64,000 nt of DNA, taken from the IMG/VR virus record IMGVR_UViG_3300031251_000003, positions 1 to 64,000 of that record, one strand, 5' to 3'. How positions within the stretch are numbered: position 1 is the stretch's first letter; every line of letters begins with the position of its first letter. The notes below the pieces were generated by a model. That model was not told where the DNA came from. It saw only the letters and a program-made list of their open reading frames with translations, and searched no databases. The translations under genes and the position numbers were made by a program. This document shows positions 56,243 to 64,000 of this stretch, in pieces. The stretch is from a virus.

Positions 56243-57016
56243 ATGATTTTTGAAATAGTCTCAGCACCTAAGTCCGATCTTCCAACTGAAGAGGCTCTAA
56301 TTGCAGCCCTAAGCAGAGAGAAGAAGGGATTTAAGGTCGAAAATATACATAGTGAGGGAGATAATTGGGTTGTACGCCTTGCGGCAGATGACAATCTACC
56401 TCCGTTTATGAAGAAGGATGAAGAGGATGAAAGCAAGGACGAAGCAGACGCGGACGATCCTGATGCAGATTCCGATGATGATTCCGAAGATAGCAAGGAT
56501 GACACAGACGACGACAAGGGTGGGGATAAGGGCGACAAACCTGCTAAGAATCCTGCCGCTGAAGTCAAGGGTGTTATCGACCAGCTAACAAAGCTATTCA
56601 CCGATCTTGGTGGTAAGGTTGACGAGCTACAGGCAGCACACGATGAGAAGGCAGATAAGCTCAAGGATATCGGTGACACCGTTGGCCCGGATGGTCATGA
56701 TGGCCCGCCTCCTGGTGACGTAGCTGACATTGGCCCGACTCCTGGTGGCCCTCCTGCACCGCCAATGCCCGACAAGGGATTTGACGGACGCAAGAAGCCA
56801 ATTCCTGGCTCGCCCGGTGGTGGACTTCCTACATTCACGAACTATCAGGTAGCTACTCATCCTGGCGTGGATGTTAATGGGAATAAGCTCACCCTCGTAG
56901 CTGCTTCTTCAGCACTTCAGGAAGATCCTGAGTTCGTCAACTACGATGTAGTTGGTGTTACTGAGAATTCTGATGGTACTTTCAGTGCCAAGCTTAAGCT
57001 GAAGACAACGGAGTAA
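56243..57016 (+). CDS. acidic, Pro-rich head-region protein (scaffold-like)
   Basis: LPPFMKKDEEDE acidic tract; AGGAG SD. Confidence 0.7.
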   Translation: MIFEIVSAPKSDLPTEEALIAALSREKKGFKVENIHSEGDNWVVRLAADDNLPPFMKKDEEDESKDEADADDPDADSDDDSEDSKDDTDDDKGGDKGDKPAKNPAAEVKGVIDQLTKLFTDLGGKVDELQAAHDEKADKLKDIGDTVGPDGHDGPPPGDVADIGPTPGGPPAPPMPDKGFDGRKKPIPGSPGGGLPTFTNYQVATHPGVDVNGNKLTLVAASSALQEDPEFVNYDVVGVTENSDGTFSAKLKLKTTE

Positions 57017-57018
57017 GT

Positions 57019-57294
57019 ATGGAAGCTCTGGAAGCCAGAGAGATTGCTATTAGAGAATTGAACAGTTTGAGGGGAAGACTCTGCACGGTCATTGAATCGG
57101 CAGGGCTTCCCCAAAAACAAGAGAGAGCGATAGTTACATTGATCAAAAATGCTAGCTACCAGTCTCAAGCAGTGATTAGCGAGCTATTAGAAAAGCTCGA
57201 CAGTGGAGATATCAAATTCACTTACACAGAAAAATTGGATGGCCCATTAAATGATAACGAAATACGCGAACCTCGAACGTATATTAGAAGTTAG
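57019..57294 (+). CDS. hypothetical helical protein
   Basis: GGAG SD. Confidence 0.65.
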   Translation: MEALEAREIAIRELNSLRGRLCTVIESAGLPQKQERAIVTLIKNASYQSQAVISELLEKLDSGDIKFTYTEKLDGPLNDNEIREPRTYIRS

Positions 57295-59539
57295 AAGCAG
57301 TAAGAGCCGATTAGGTTTTACCGAATCTGAATCTGATAACCAGCGATTTGCAAAGTTCGCTGGATTGAATAAGGGAATTCGTGAAGAGGATGGTTATCTC
57401 TACGTTAGATGTCGGGCTATCTCATCTCGTGTAAACAAGAACAACGACGGATGGCCGTCCGAAGAACTATCGAAGTCGTATAAGACCTTTGAGAATCGTC
57501 CTATCTTTGTCGATCACAATAATGACAATCCGAATAGGACTCGTGGGATCATTGTAGCATCCGATCTACACGTAGAAGACAAGGAGAAGGTGTCTGCACT
57601 TGACCAGTATTACTCAAGTGCTCCTGATAACCATCTACCTCCTACTTGGATCGAATTACTTCTAGAAGTAGATGCTAAAACATTCCCGAAGTTGGCCAAG
57701 GCTGTCAAGGAGAAGCGAGTAGATGCTGTGTCGATGGGTGCTAATATCGATACGAGTATTTGTTCTGTATGTGCCCATGAAGCAGCTACTCCTTCGGAGT
57801 ATTGTTCTCACGTAAAGAAGAAGGGATCTACCTTCGAGATTACATCCGACAATGGAGAGAAGGTACACAAAAAAGCATACGAAGATTGTTATGGGATTAA
57901 CTTCTTTGAAATCTCATTCGTCTTCGATCCGGCTGATCCTACCGCTGACGTTCTAGACAAGCAGGCCACAACTAAATCTAGTTCTGAAGAATGTGAGCAC
58001 TGTAGCCATTCTAAATATGATCATCAAGACGGAAGAGGCCCCTGTGAAGAGGCAGGCTGCCACTGTGAAAGATTCAGTGAGTCCCGAGAATCTAGTTTTC
58101 AATTGGCAGAAATGGTGGGTCAAACTCTTTCACCTGAGCGTCTAGCTCAACTAAAGCAGTCTATTCCTTCAGCAGAGCAGTTCATGGCACCGAAGGGACA
58201 AGGACAGAATGATCAACCGAAGAATCGTAACTACATTCCTCAAGAAGATCTAGTAACTGCACCCCAGCATGTGGATACACTTCGCAACGATGAAGTGTGT
58301 CCAGTTTGTCATGCTTCCGAAATGGAAACAGGGGCAGATGGAATTATGACGTGCCCTATTTGTGGTCACGTACAAGAACCAGAACCTCTTAATAACCCTG
58401 ATCTTTCCTTAGCTCAAGACAATCAATTGCGCGAAGATCAGGCACAACCAGGCCAGCCTGTCACTCCTGTCAATGCAGATCCATTGGATGCTGTTGAATT
58501 CGATCATGAACAAAGTCAGATAAGCCAGCCTACTAGTACTACTAAAAGAAAGTATACTCCAAAGGGAATAAGTGATAACGCTATGTTTGAAACCAAATTA
58601 CGAACCACATCAAAAGAGGAAGCTGATAAGATGTTACCCGCAAAGGTAGCTCGAATCGAAACCAAATTAGGTAGTGGTATCCATCGTGGAATTTATGACG
58701 CTGCTCGTGAGGCTGGACTTAAGGTTAAGGTTGCTTATCCTGCGGTTAAATCATCCTCTGAAAATACAGTTGAAGTCCCTGGCGACAACGGAATCTTCAA
58801 CTTGTTTTATGCAGAAGAGTCTGCGATGAATCTAAATGTACCGATGAAGGATGTGCCTGTAGTAATTGAGGCCGCTTCAGAGAAGGATGCTCAGGCATTC
58901 TTGAAGATTTTGACTGAGACTGCATTACCGACTCGGAAGGTTCGTGCTGGTAATGACAAGCAGCCAATTCTACCGGGATCCAAGCCGACCGATGAGCCTA
59001 AGAAGGAGAAGATCATCTCTAATCCGACTCAGCCCGTCGAGGCAGCACTCAAGGAAGCTATTGAGCTTTCTGATGGTGTAGTTGAGATCGATGGTAATAA
59101 GTACAAGTTGAATCTAGTCACTGACGAGGTTGAGGACGATGAGGTCAAGGAAGTAGAGGCCGACGAGTCCAAGGAAGATGAGAAGGAAGATACCTCCAAG
59201 GAAGTAGAGGATACCAAGGAAGAAGAGAAGGATGACGAAGACCGCGAAAGCCGACTGTTGGCAGCATTCAAGCTTGCTGATATGTCAGTCGAGATGGGAC
59301 TAGTTACTCCTGAAAACAAGATGACATTGATTGCTGAACTTGAAGATGAAAATCTGGGTCAGCTAGATGTTCGTGAGAAGACTTTGATCGCTGTAAAGAA
59401 TGCTGGTCTATCCAAGCGCACAGCATCATCGGTACATGGCATTAAGCGAGTTCCAAGATTAAGTCACGCTGTTCCAGCGCTAAATGGCAGTACGAGTACG
59501 CCGAAGGAAGATGTCCCCTTAGAGGCGCTTTTCCTCTAA
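57251..59539 (+). CDS. prohead (capsid maturation) protease fused to scaffold region
   Basis: RAISSRVNKNNDG, IFVDHNN (His), AVSMG (Ser), CSVC..YCSH, FFEISFVFDPADPTA; acidic coiled C-terminus; directly upstream of capsid genes. Confidence 0.85.
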   Translation: MITKYANLERILEVRSSKSRLGFTESESDNQRFAKFAGLNKGIREEDGYLYVRCRAISSRVNKNNDGWPSEELSKSYKTFENRPIFVDHNNDNPNRTRGIIVASDLHVEDKEKVSALDQYYSSAPDNHLPPTWIELLLEVDAKTFPKLAKAVKEKRVDAVSMGANIDTSICSVCAHEAATPSEYCSHVKKKGSTFEITSDNGEKVHKKAYEDCYGINFFEISFVFDPADPTADVLDKQATTKSSSEECEHCSHSKYDHQDGRGPCEEAGCHCERFSESRESSFQLAEMVGQTLSPERLAQLKQSIPSAEQFMAPKGQGQNDQPKNRNYIPQEDLVTAPQHVDTLRNDEVCPVCHASEMETGADGIMTCPICGHVQEPEPLNNPDLSLAQDNQLREDQAQPGQPVTPVNADPLDAVEFDHEQSQISQPTSTTKRKYTPKGISDNAMFETKLRTTSKEEADKMLPAKVARIETKLGSGIHRGIYDAAREAGLKVKVAYPAVKSSSENTVEVPGDNGIFNLFYAEESAMNLNVPMKDVPVVIEAASEKDAQAFLKILTETALPTRKVRAGNDKQPILPGSKPTDEPKKEKIISNPTQPVEAALKEAIELSDGVVEIDGNKYKLNLVTDEVEDDEVKEVEADESKEDEKEDTSKEVEDTKEEEKDDEDRESRLLAAFKLADMSVEMGLVTPENKMTLIAELEDENLGQLDVREKTLIAVKNAGLSKRTASSVHGIKRVPRLSHAVPALNGSTSTPKEDVPLEALFL

Positions 59540-59602
59540 AGGACAGATAATACTAATATTTATTATTCTACATAAGGGATAATGATTGAGGGAGAAATTT
59601 AA

Positions 59603-60157
59603 ATGATTAGAGCTAATAACGCAACCAGGGCATTCCAGAAGCGAACCATTCGCCCGCTATACGCATGGCACAGTGCTGTTCCTTATGCAGCCTTCCTTGA
59701 TACGGCAGCAGTTGGAACCGCAATCGTTTACCCTGGTCAAGTAGCAGTAAAGACCACAGGAGAGCAGATGACCGTTGCTAACGCAAAGGCCGCTGGTCTA
59801 TCTGGACTAGGATCTGATGCACCGAACTACGCAGATGTTCCGTTCGGTCTGTTTAACAACTTTATCAATGGTACCATGGATGAACTTCACGGTGGTACTG
59901 AAATTGGTGTCTGGGTTGGTGCCCGAGACGCAGTATTCGAAATTCTCGCTGGGTACAGTTCTACTGAGACTCCGCTTGATTCCGCTGTAACATGGACTTC
60001 ACTTAATGCTACTCGTGGTGGTGTCGCACTTTACGCAGGACAGGATACAGGTCGTCTTTCTAACACGCAGCCCGCAAGCGGTATCCAGGTCGCTCGATTG
60101 ATCGAAGCCGTCAGTAACACCAAGATTGTCGTCCAGCTTGTTCTCGCGGTAGCATAA
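59603..60157 (+). CDS. capsid decoration / minor capsid protein
   Basis: Located between protease and MCP; IVYPGQV...PFGL...LYAG pattern. Confidence 0.7.
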   Translation: MIRANNATRAFQKRTIRPLYAWHSAVPYAAFLDTAAVGTAIVYPGQVAVKTTGEQMTVANAKAAGLSGLGSDAPNYADVPFGLFNNFINGTMDELHGGTEIGVWVGARDAVFEILAGYSSTETPLDSAVTWTSLNATRGGVALYAGQDTGRLSNTQPASGIQVARLIEAVSNTKIVVQLVLAVA

Positions 60158-60170
60158 GGAGATTTGAATA

Positions 60171-61139
60171 ATGTTTAATCCAAATAGAAAAGCCGTCAAG
60201 AGTGAAGACTTTGCAGCAAAGCTAGCAGGAATTCCTAAGCTATCTGACGAGCAGAAGACAAGTAAGTTACAGCAGGTTTGGGCAGCAGATACCGACCCCG
60301 GTAAGCGTGGAGCATTCCAGCGTATCGGTGAGGGTATGATTGGGCCTATCCAGATCAAGCTGAAGTATGAAGGTATCGGTCGTAACGTCCTAGTGGAAGA
60401 CCCCCTAGAGAAGGGTTACCCGACACCATATGAGGTATTCGATGATCTTGGTCAGGCTTACGTCCTTAACCAGACTGACGCCGAAGTCAAGACCACACCG
60501 TTTGAAGGTAAGTGGGTTCCGCCCACACTATTCCGTATCGCTTCATTCCCGTTCGTGCGAAAGGAAGATCAGTACTTCCTCAAGGCTAACCTTGTAGAGC
60601 ACGCACAGAACATGACGCGAGAGGCAATCATGAAGCAGGAAGATGGTCGTCTTCTAACCCTTCTAGCTTCTGCAATTACCGATTACGCAGCAAACCCGGA
60701 TCACACGATTACTCCTGACCACATCGTTGAGATTGGTGCAGGTAACCCGCTTGATCTTGTAGACTTCTACGATGCAGTCAGCCGAGTTCAGCTTCACGAA
60801 CTTGCAGTCAACAGAGTTCTACTTAACCCGGTAGATCTTCGAGATCTCTACCTCTGGGATGTTAACCAGACAGGTTGGGGCTTCAAGGATCGAGTGGTTC
60901 AGGGTGATACGATTACTGAGTTCGGTGAGTTCTCATTCCAGACTTCGATTATGGTTCCGCAGGGAACGATCTTCCTAGTCCCGGATGCCACCTTCCTCGG
61001 TGTCATGCCTATCATGTATAGTCTTGATGTCGAAGAGAACAACCAGATCGAGCAGTTCAGACGAGGTTGGGTATTCGATGAGCTTATCGGAATGATGGTT
61101 CTAAACCCCCGTGGTCTAGCAGCAATCAAGAAGGTATAG
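60171..61139 (+). CDS. major capsid protein (HK97 fold)
   Basis: PIQIKLKYEGIGRNVL, FRIAS.P, AIMKQED, GWVFDELIGMMVLNPRGL; AAGGAG SD; strong terminator downstream. Confidence 0.88.
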   Translation: MFNPNRKAVKSEDFAAKLAGIPKLSDEQKTSKLQQVWAADTDPGKRGAFQRIGEGMIGPIQIKLKYEGIGRNVLVEDPLEKGYPTPYEVFDDLGQAYVLNQTDAEVKTTPFEGKWVPPTLFRIASFPFVRKEDQYFLKANLVEHAQNMTREAIMKQEDGRLLTLLASAITDYAANPDHTITPDHIVEIGAGNPLDLVDFYDAVSRVQLHELAVNRVLLNPVDLRDLYLWDVNQTGWGFKDRVVQGDTITEFGEFSFQTSIMVPQGTIFLVPDATFLGVMPIMYSLDVEENNQIEQFRRGWVFDELIGMMVLNPRGLAAIKKV

Positions 61140-61160
61140 TTACCGCACATCTTAGGATGG

Positions 61161-61192
61161 AGAAAAGGCCCAGGATATCCTGGGCCTTTTCT
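61161..61192. terminator. bidirectional intrinsic terminator
   Basis: Perfect 32-bp palindrome AGAAAAGGCCCAGGATATCCTGGGCCTTTTCT between convergent genes. Confidence 0.9.
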
Positions 61193-61215
61193 GTTTGTGG
61201 ATCTATTGGTTTGAT

Positions 61216-61422
61216 TTAGATATTTTCGTCGTAGTACGGATAAAGATCCGCAGCTACTTCGATCAACTTCTTGACCTGAGCGAGAGTCACATCAGCCTCT
61301 CCTTCAATGTCTGGGCCGAAATTGATGACGTGATGGAAGGTACGAATCTCTTCTTCGAGTTCTACCAACTTACGGCCCAATTCAGCACCACGTAGGTCTA
61401 GAGCTTCTGCTTCTATTGTCAT
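61216..61422 (-). CDS. hypothetical protein
   Basis: ATGA-coupled to HNH gene, GAGG SD. Confidence 0.65.
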   Translation of the reverse strand: MTIEAEALDLRGAELGRKLVELEEEIRTFHHVINFGPDIEGEADVTLAQVKKLIEVAADLYPYYDENI

Positions 61423-61790
61423 TTTCCTCTTTTCTTCTTTCGGGTTTCTTTGCCTTTTTCGAGAGCCTCAAGAGAATTCTCAAGCTGAGTTACCCAAGCG
61501 ATATTATCGAGTAGGTATCCTCTTGAAGAATCAATGCGGTGAACCGAAGGAGCACTACGACGAGCGTAGTTATCTGTCTCCCACTGTCTGAAAAGACGCA
61601 GGTAGTCAGGATGGTTGGTAGCCCATTTCAAGAATGAATCTCTGTCGAGACAAGGCAAACCCAACCAGGGGCAGGTCTTTCGATCTCCCGAGAGTTTACC
61701 TCGTACGCGCCTGGACATATCATCGTATCTCTTACTGAGTAGCCCCTTCGGAGTACGATAATGTGCCTTAGCCCTGTCTTGAGTTGTCAT
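61419..61790 (-). CDS. free-standing HNH-type endonuclease
   Basis: PSVHRIDSSRGYLLDNIAWVTQLEN; start set by the leaderless promoter. Confidence 0.75.
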   Translation of the reverse strand: MTTQDRAKAHYRTPKGLLSKRYDDMSRRVRGKLSGDRKTCPWLGLPCLDRDSFLKWATNHPDYLRLFRQWETDNYARRSAPSVHRIDSSRGYLLDNIAWVTQLENSLEALEKGKETRKKKRGK

Positions 61791-61797
61791 GAGTAGA

Positions 61798-61826
61798 AGT
61801 ATAGCAAACACTACAAAGGATGTCAA
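61798..61826 (-). promoter_or_regulatory. sigma-A-type promoter TTGACA-N17-TATACT, leaderless
   Basis: Consensus -35, TG-extended -10, ATG 7 nt downstream. Confidence 0.8.
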
Positions 61827-61835
61827 CACACGGCC

Positions 61836-61844
61836 TAATAGATG
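61836..61844 (+). promoter_or_regulatory. candidate late-promoter motif TAATAGATG
   Basis: Positioned where + strand transcription must restart after the terminator and inverted HNH cassette. Confidence 0.55.
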
Positions 61845-61874
61845 AATCGATTCACTAATTTAGAGGTAAAACCA

Positions 61875-62114
61875 ATGGCAGATACAAGAAGTGGTGTAGG
61901 TGATGCAGGTACACGAGACACTCGTGTAGACCGTCCTGATGAGGGACTTCCTGGTATCGCAACAGTTGAAAACCCAACGGCTAACCCGCCTTCCCGTGGT
62001 ACGTTTGACACCAACAAGGCTACAGGGTTTAGACTTGCTCCGAAGCCTGGTGTCATTGACACTACTTGGACGCAGGGTGGCCCAACTGACGCTGAAGTAG
62101 CAAAGCGTAGTTAA
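61875..62114 (+). CDS. hypothetical small virion-region protein
   Basis: GAGGT SD before ATG 61875. Confidence 0.65.
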   Translation: MADTRSGVGDAGTRDTRVDRPDEGLPGIATVENPTANPPSRGTFDTNKATGFRLAPKPGVIDTTWTQGGPTDAEVAKRS

Positions 62115-62136
62115 GTAAGAATAAAAGGAGGAAATT

Positions 62137-62673
62137 ATGAGTGATGTAAATCTAGAGGACAAGAACAAGGAAGAGCTACTTGAGATTGCTCGTGAACAGG
62201 ATCTAGAAGGTCGTTCCAGCATGAACAAGGCAGATCTTGTCGAAGCACTTGGTAATCAAGGAGATGGGAGTGTAAGTGAAGGCGGCACCGAAGTACGTGA
62301 TGCCGAAGATCTTCTTACTCCTACTGGCCCTGGAACGGAAAATGATCAAGCAGAAAGCGAAGGTGCTCAAGAACGATTAGACACTGTTAAAGAAGTTTCG
62401 CCTGTAGCTGCCGATTTAGTGGCAGAAGAATTAGATTTCCAAGGCCCACTTCATATCCAGGATCCTCGTGAAAGAGTTATGACCGGCGCTGTTAGCGAAG
62501 AGCAGGCTAAGGAACAGGAAGAGTTGCTAGCTAACAAACCCGATGATTTTATTGGTGATACCACTGAGGCTGGTTTCGATACCGAGGGGAATCACATTAC
62601 AGCAAAGCGTTTGCCTGAAGTTGTTTCTGAAGAGTCTGATGAAGACTCAGTTGACTCAGAAGATCAGGACTAA
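62137..62673 (+). CDS. Rho-termination-factor N-terminal-like domain + acidic tail
   Basis: KNKEELLEIAREQDLEGRSSMNKADLVEAL; AGGAGG SD. Confidence 0.8.
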   Translation: MSDVNLEDKNKEELLEIAREQDLEGRSSMNKADLVEALGNQGDGSVSEGGTEVRDAEDLLTPTGPGTENDQAESEGAQERLDTVKEVSPVAADLVAEELDFQGPLHIQDPRERVMTGAVSEEQAKEQEELLANKPDDFIGDTTEAGFDTEGNHITAKRLPEVVSEESDEDSVDSEDQD

Positions 62674-62699
62674 AACCGCCTAACAAACACGGGTGTTCT

Positions 62700-62796
62700 T
62701 CTAAACGAAACCTCCCCTTTAGGGAGGTTTCGTCTTTCTGTTAGTTTGTTTTGTACCCCGGCTCGGCCAGCAGGTACCTATCTCACTTCATCATAT
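62700..62796 (-). ncRNA. candidate ~95-nt small RNA
   Basis: Own promoter (62803-62830), internal hairpin, terminal hairpin, only a 3-codon ORF. Confidence 0.4.
62705..62750 (+). terminator. intrinsic terminator ACGAAACCTCCC-CTTTA-GGGAGGTTTCGT (possibly bidirectional)
   Basis: 12-bp perfect stem plus T-rich tail. Confidence 0.8.
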
Positions 62797-62802
62797 GGTG
62801 AT

Positions 62803-62830
62803 AGTATAGCAGATCCTCATAAAGTGTCAA
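62803..62830 (-). promoter_or_regulatory. sigma-A-type promoter TTGACA-N16-TATACT
   Basis: Consensus -35 and TG-extended -10. Confidence 0.65.
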
Positions 62831-62901
62831 GACCGATGAGGTAATCATTGAAGGATACCACCGCCCTTCTTTTACAACAGGTGGAGTCAGGGAAACAAAT
62901 A

Positions 62902-63414
62902 ATGAGCAATGCAAGTACAGCGTATTTAAGAAACGGTCGTCCTAACTCAGTCGTATTCCATTTTCAGGGGGTACGTTATAAGCTTGAGCATCGTGGGCAC
63001 CGACAAGATTCCGTAGCAGTACCCGCTGAGGCACTGAACGATGGTAACATTTCTCGCTGGATCAAGATTGGCCAGCTTGAGAAGATCACTCGTGATTCCT
63101 TTATGACATTGGGAGCACGTACAGTTGATATTTTGCCGAATGAGTTCTTGGCCCAGCCGATGCGAACCAGTCGTAACGGTGGCGCAGGCGCAGTTCCGAT
63201 GGAAAAGGCTGAAGCAGATACAGCCGGTACTTTGACACAGATCAAGGATGCCGACGTATTCAAGACTGTTCGTGAAGGAGTTTCGCCCAAGTGGGGTGGA
63301 GATCTACTTTCCACTGAAGAGGAACTTGAATCTTCCGAATTCGTCAATGCACAGACGACAACAAACAACTATCCTTCCAAGAACCGAGAAGATACTCGTG
63401 AGAGGGGATTCTAA
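62902..63414 (+). CDS. hypothetical virion-region protein
   Basis: ATG 62902 (MSNAST) preferred over TTG 62848. Confidence 0.7.
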   Translation: MSNASTAYLRNGRPNSVVFHFQGVRYKLEHRGHRQDSVAVPAEALNDGNISRWIKIGQLEKITRDSFMTLGARTVDILPNEFLAQPMRTSRNGGAGAVPMEKAEADTAGTLTQIKDADVFKTVREGVSPKWGGDLLSTEEELESSEFVNAQTTTNNYPSKNREDTRERGF

Positions 63415-63957
63415 ATGTCAGAAGAGAACCTATTAGATATGAGCCGTGCAGAGCTAGTACATATTGCGGCTGAACAAAAGATTGACGGCGCTAACAAGAT
63501 GAACAAGGTAGAACTTCTTGCCGCTCTAACGCCCTCTACCACAGAGGCTGAAGCAGTAGCAACTCAGGTTGCGGAAGACGTAGCTGAGGCTCCTGAGGCT
63601 CCTGTGGAGCCTACAGAGGCATCTCAGGAACCATGGATCCCTTCTCCTGAAGAGGTTCAGGCTGCTCGCGATTCTGTTGAGGCTGATGAAGAAGAGAAGG
63701 ATGAGCCTTTGCCCGCTGTTTTCTATGGCGCTCCAACAGGTCGCTGGGTACAGCAGAAAGCAGTCCTCTATACAGATGGTGTATCTGGGGTCGCTGATCT
63801 CAATCATGAAAGGGCTTATGAGTACAACGAGCGCTTTCAGTCTAGCGATTCCAACGAGCGTATCACCGGGGATGTTTCTTTAAGTGAAGCAGCTAAAGAA
63901 CAGAAGGAAGATATTGATCGACGTAGAGCAGAATACGTCAAAAGACAGAATAACTAA
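63415..63957 (+). CDS. second Rho-N-like domain + acidic tail protein
   Basis: MSRAELVHIAAEQKIDGANKMNKVELLAAL. Confidence 0.75.
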   Translation: MSEENLLDMSRAELVHIAAEQKIDGANKMNKVELLAALTPSTTEAEAVATQVAEDVAEAPEAPVEPTEASQEPWIPSPEEVQAARDSVEADEEEKDEPLPAVFYGAPTGRWVQQKAVLYTDGVSGVADLNHERAYEYNERFQSSDSNERITGDVSLSEAAKEQKEDIDRRRAEYVKRQNN

Positions 63958-64000
63958 CAAAGAATAACTAGAAGTGGATATCCGGCCAATAACGGAGACG

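Noticed and set aside
1-64000. tRNA genes accompanying the CCA enzyme; stop-codon reassignment
   Set aside because: No cloverleaf or T-arm motif recognised in the short intergenic spaces by eye; standard code gives dense, intact ORFs.

Overview
This window is a segment of a large dsDNA phage genome with almost all genes on the + strand. The HK97-fold major capsid protein and protease/scaffold look like those of large actinobacterial myophages, and several sigma-A-type promoters fire leaderless transcripts. Together these suggest an Actinomycetota-type host (inference). From left to right: nucleotide metabolism (ThyX, thymidine kinase); a papain-family peptidase and a fibre/minor-tail module; early genes (MoxR-like AAA ATPase, metallopeptidase-VWA partner, metallophosphoesterase, MazG-like proteins, many small ORFs); a ~4,700-aa giant protein; a CCA-adding enzyme; several multidomain proteins; then prohead protease, decoration protein, major capsid protein and an HNH cassette. 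The most notable observation is a candidate processed head-cargo system. The giant protein is a chain of ~37 divergent copies of one ~100-aa module with an invariant His, interleaved with enzyme domains, and most module boundaries end in K/R-x-A (or similar). The same linkers and the same module recur in neighbouring multidomain proteins (CCA enzyme, two Pol-beta nucleotidyltransferases, an HhH glycosylase/phospho-His carrier), and the linkers also recur in the prohead protease. A second striking feature is a dispersed family of 13 small paralogues with a doubled YxxGYxDG motif (RMF-like). Also seen: a candidate late promoter TAATAGATG and a candidate small RNA. All functional calls come from motif recognition by eye; no searches were run.
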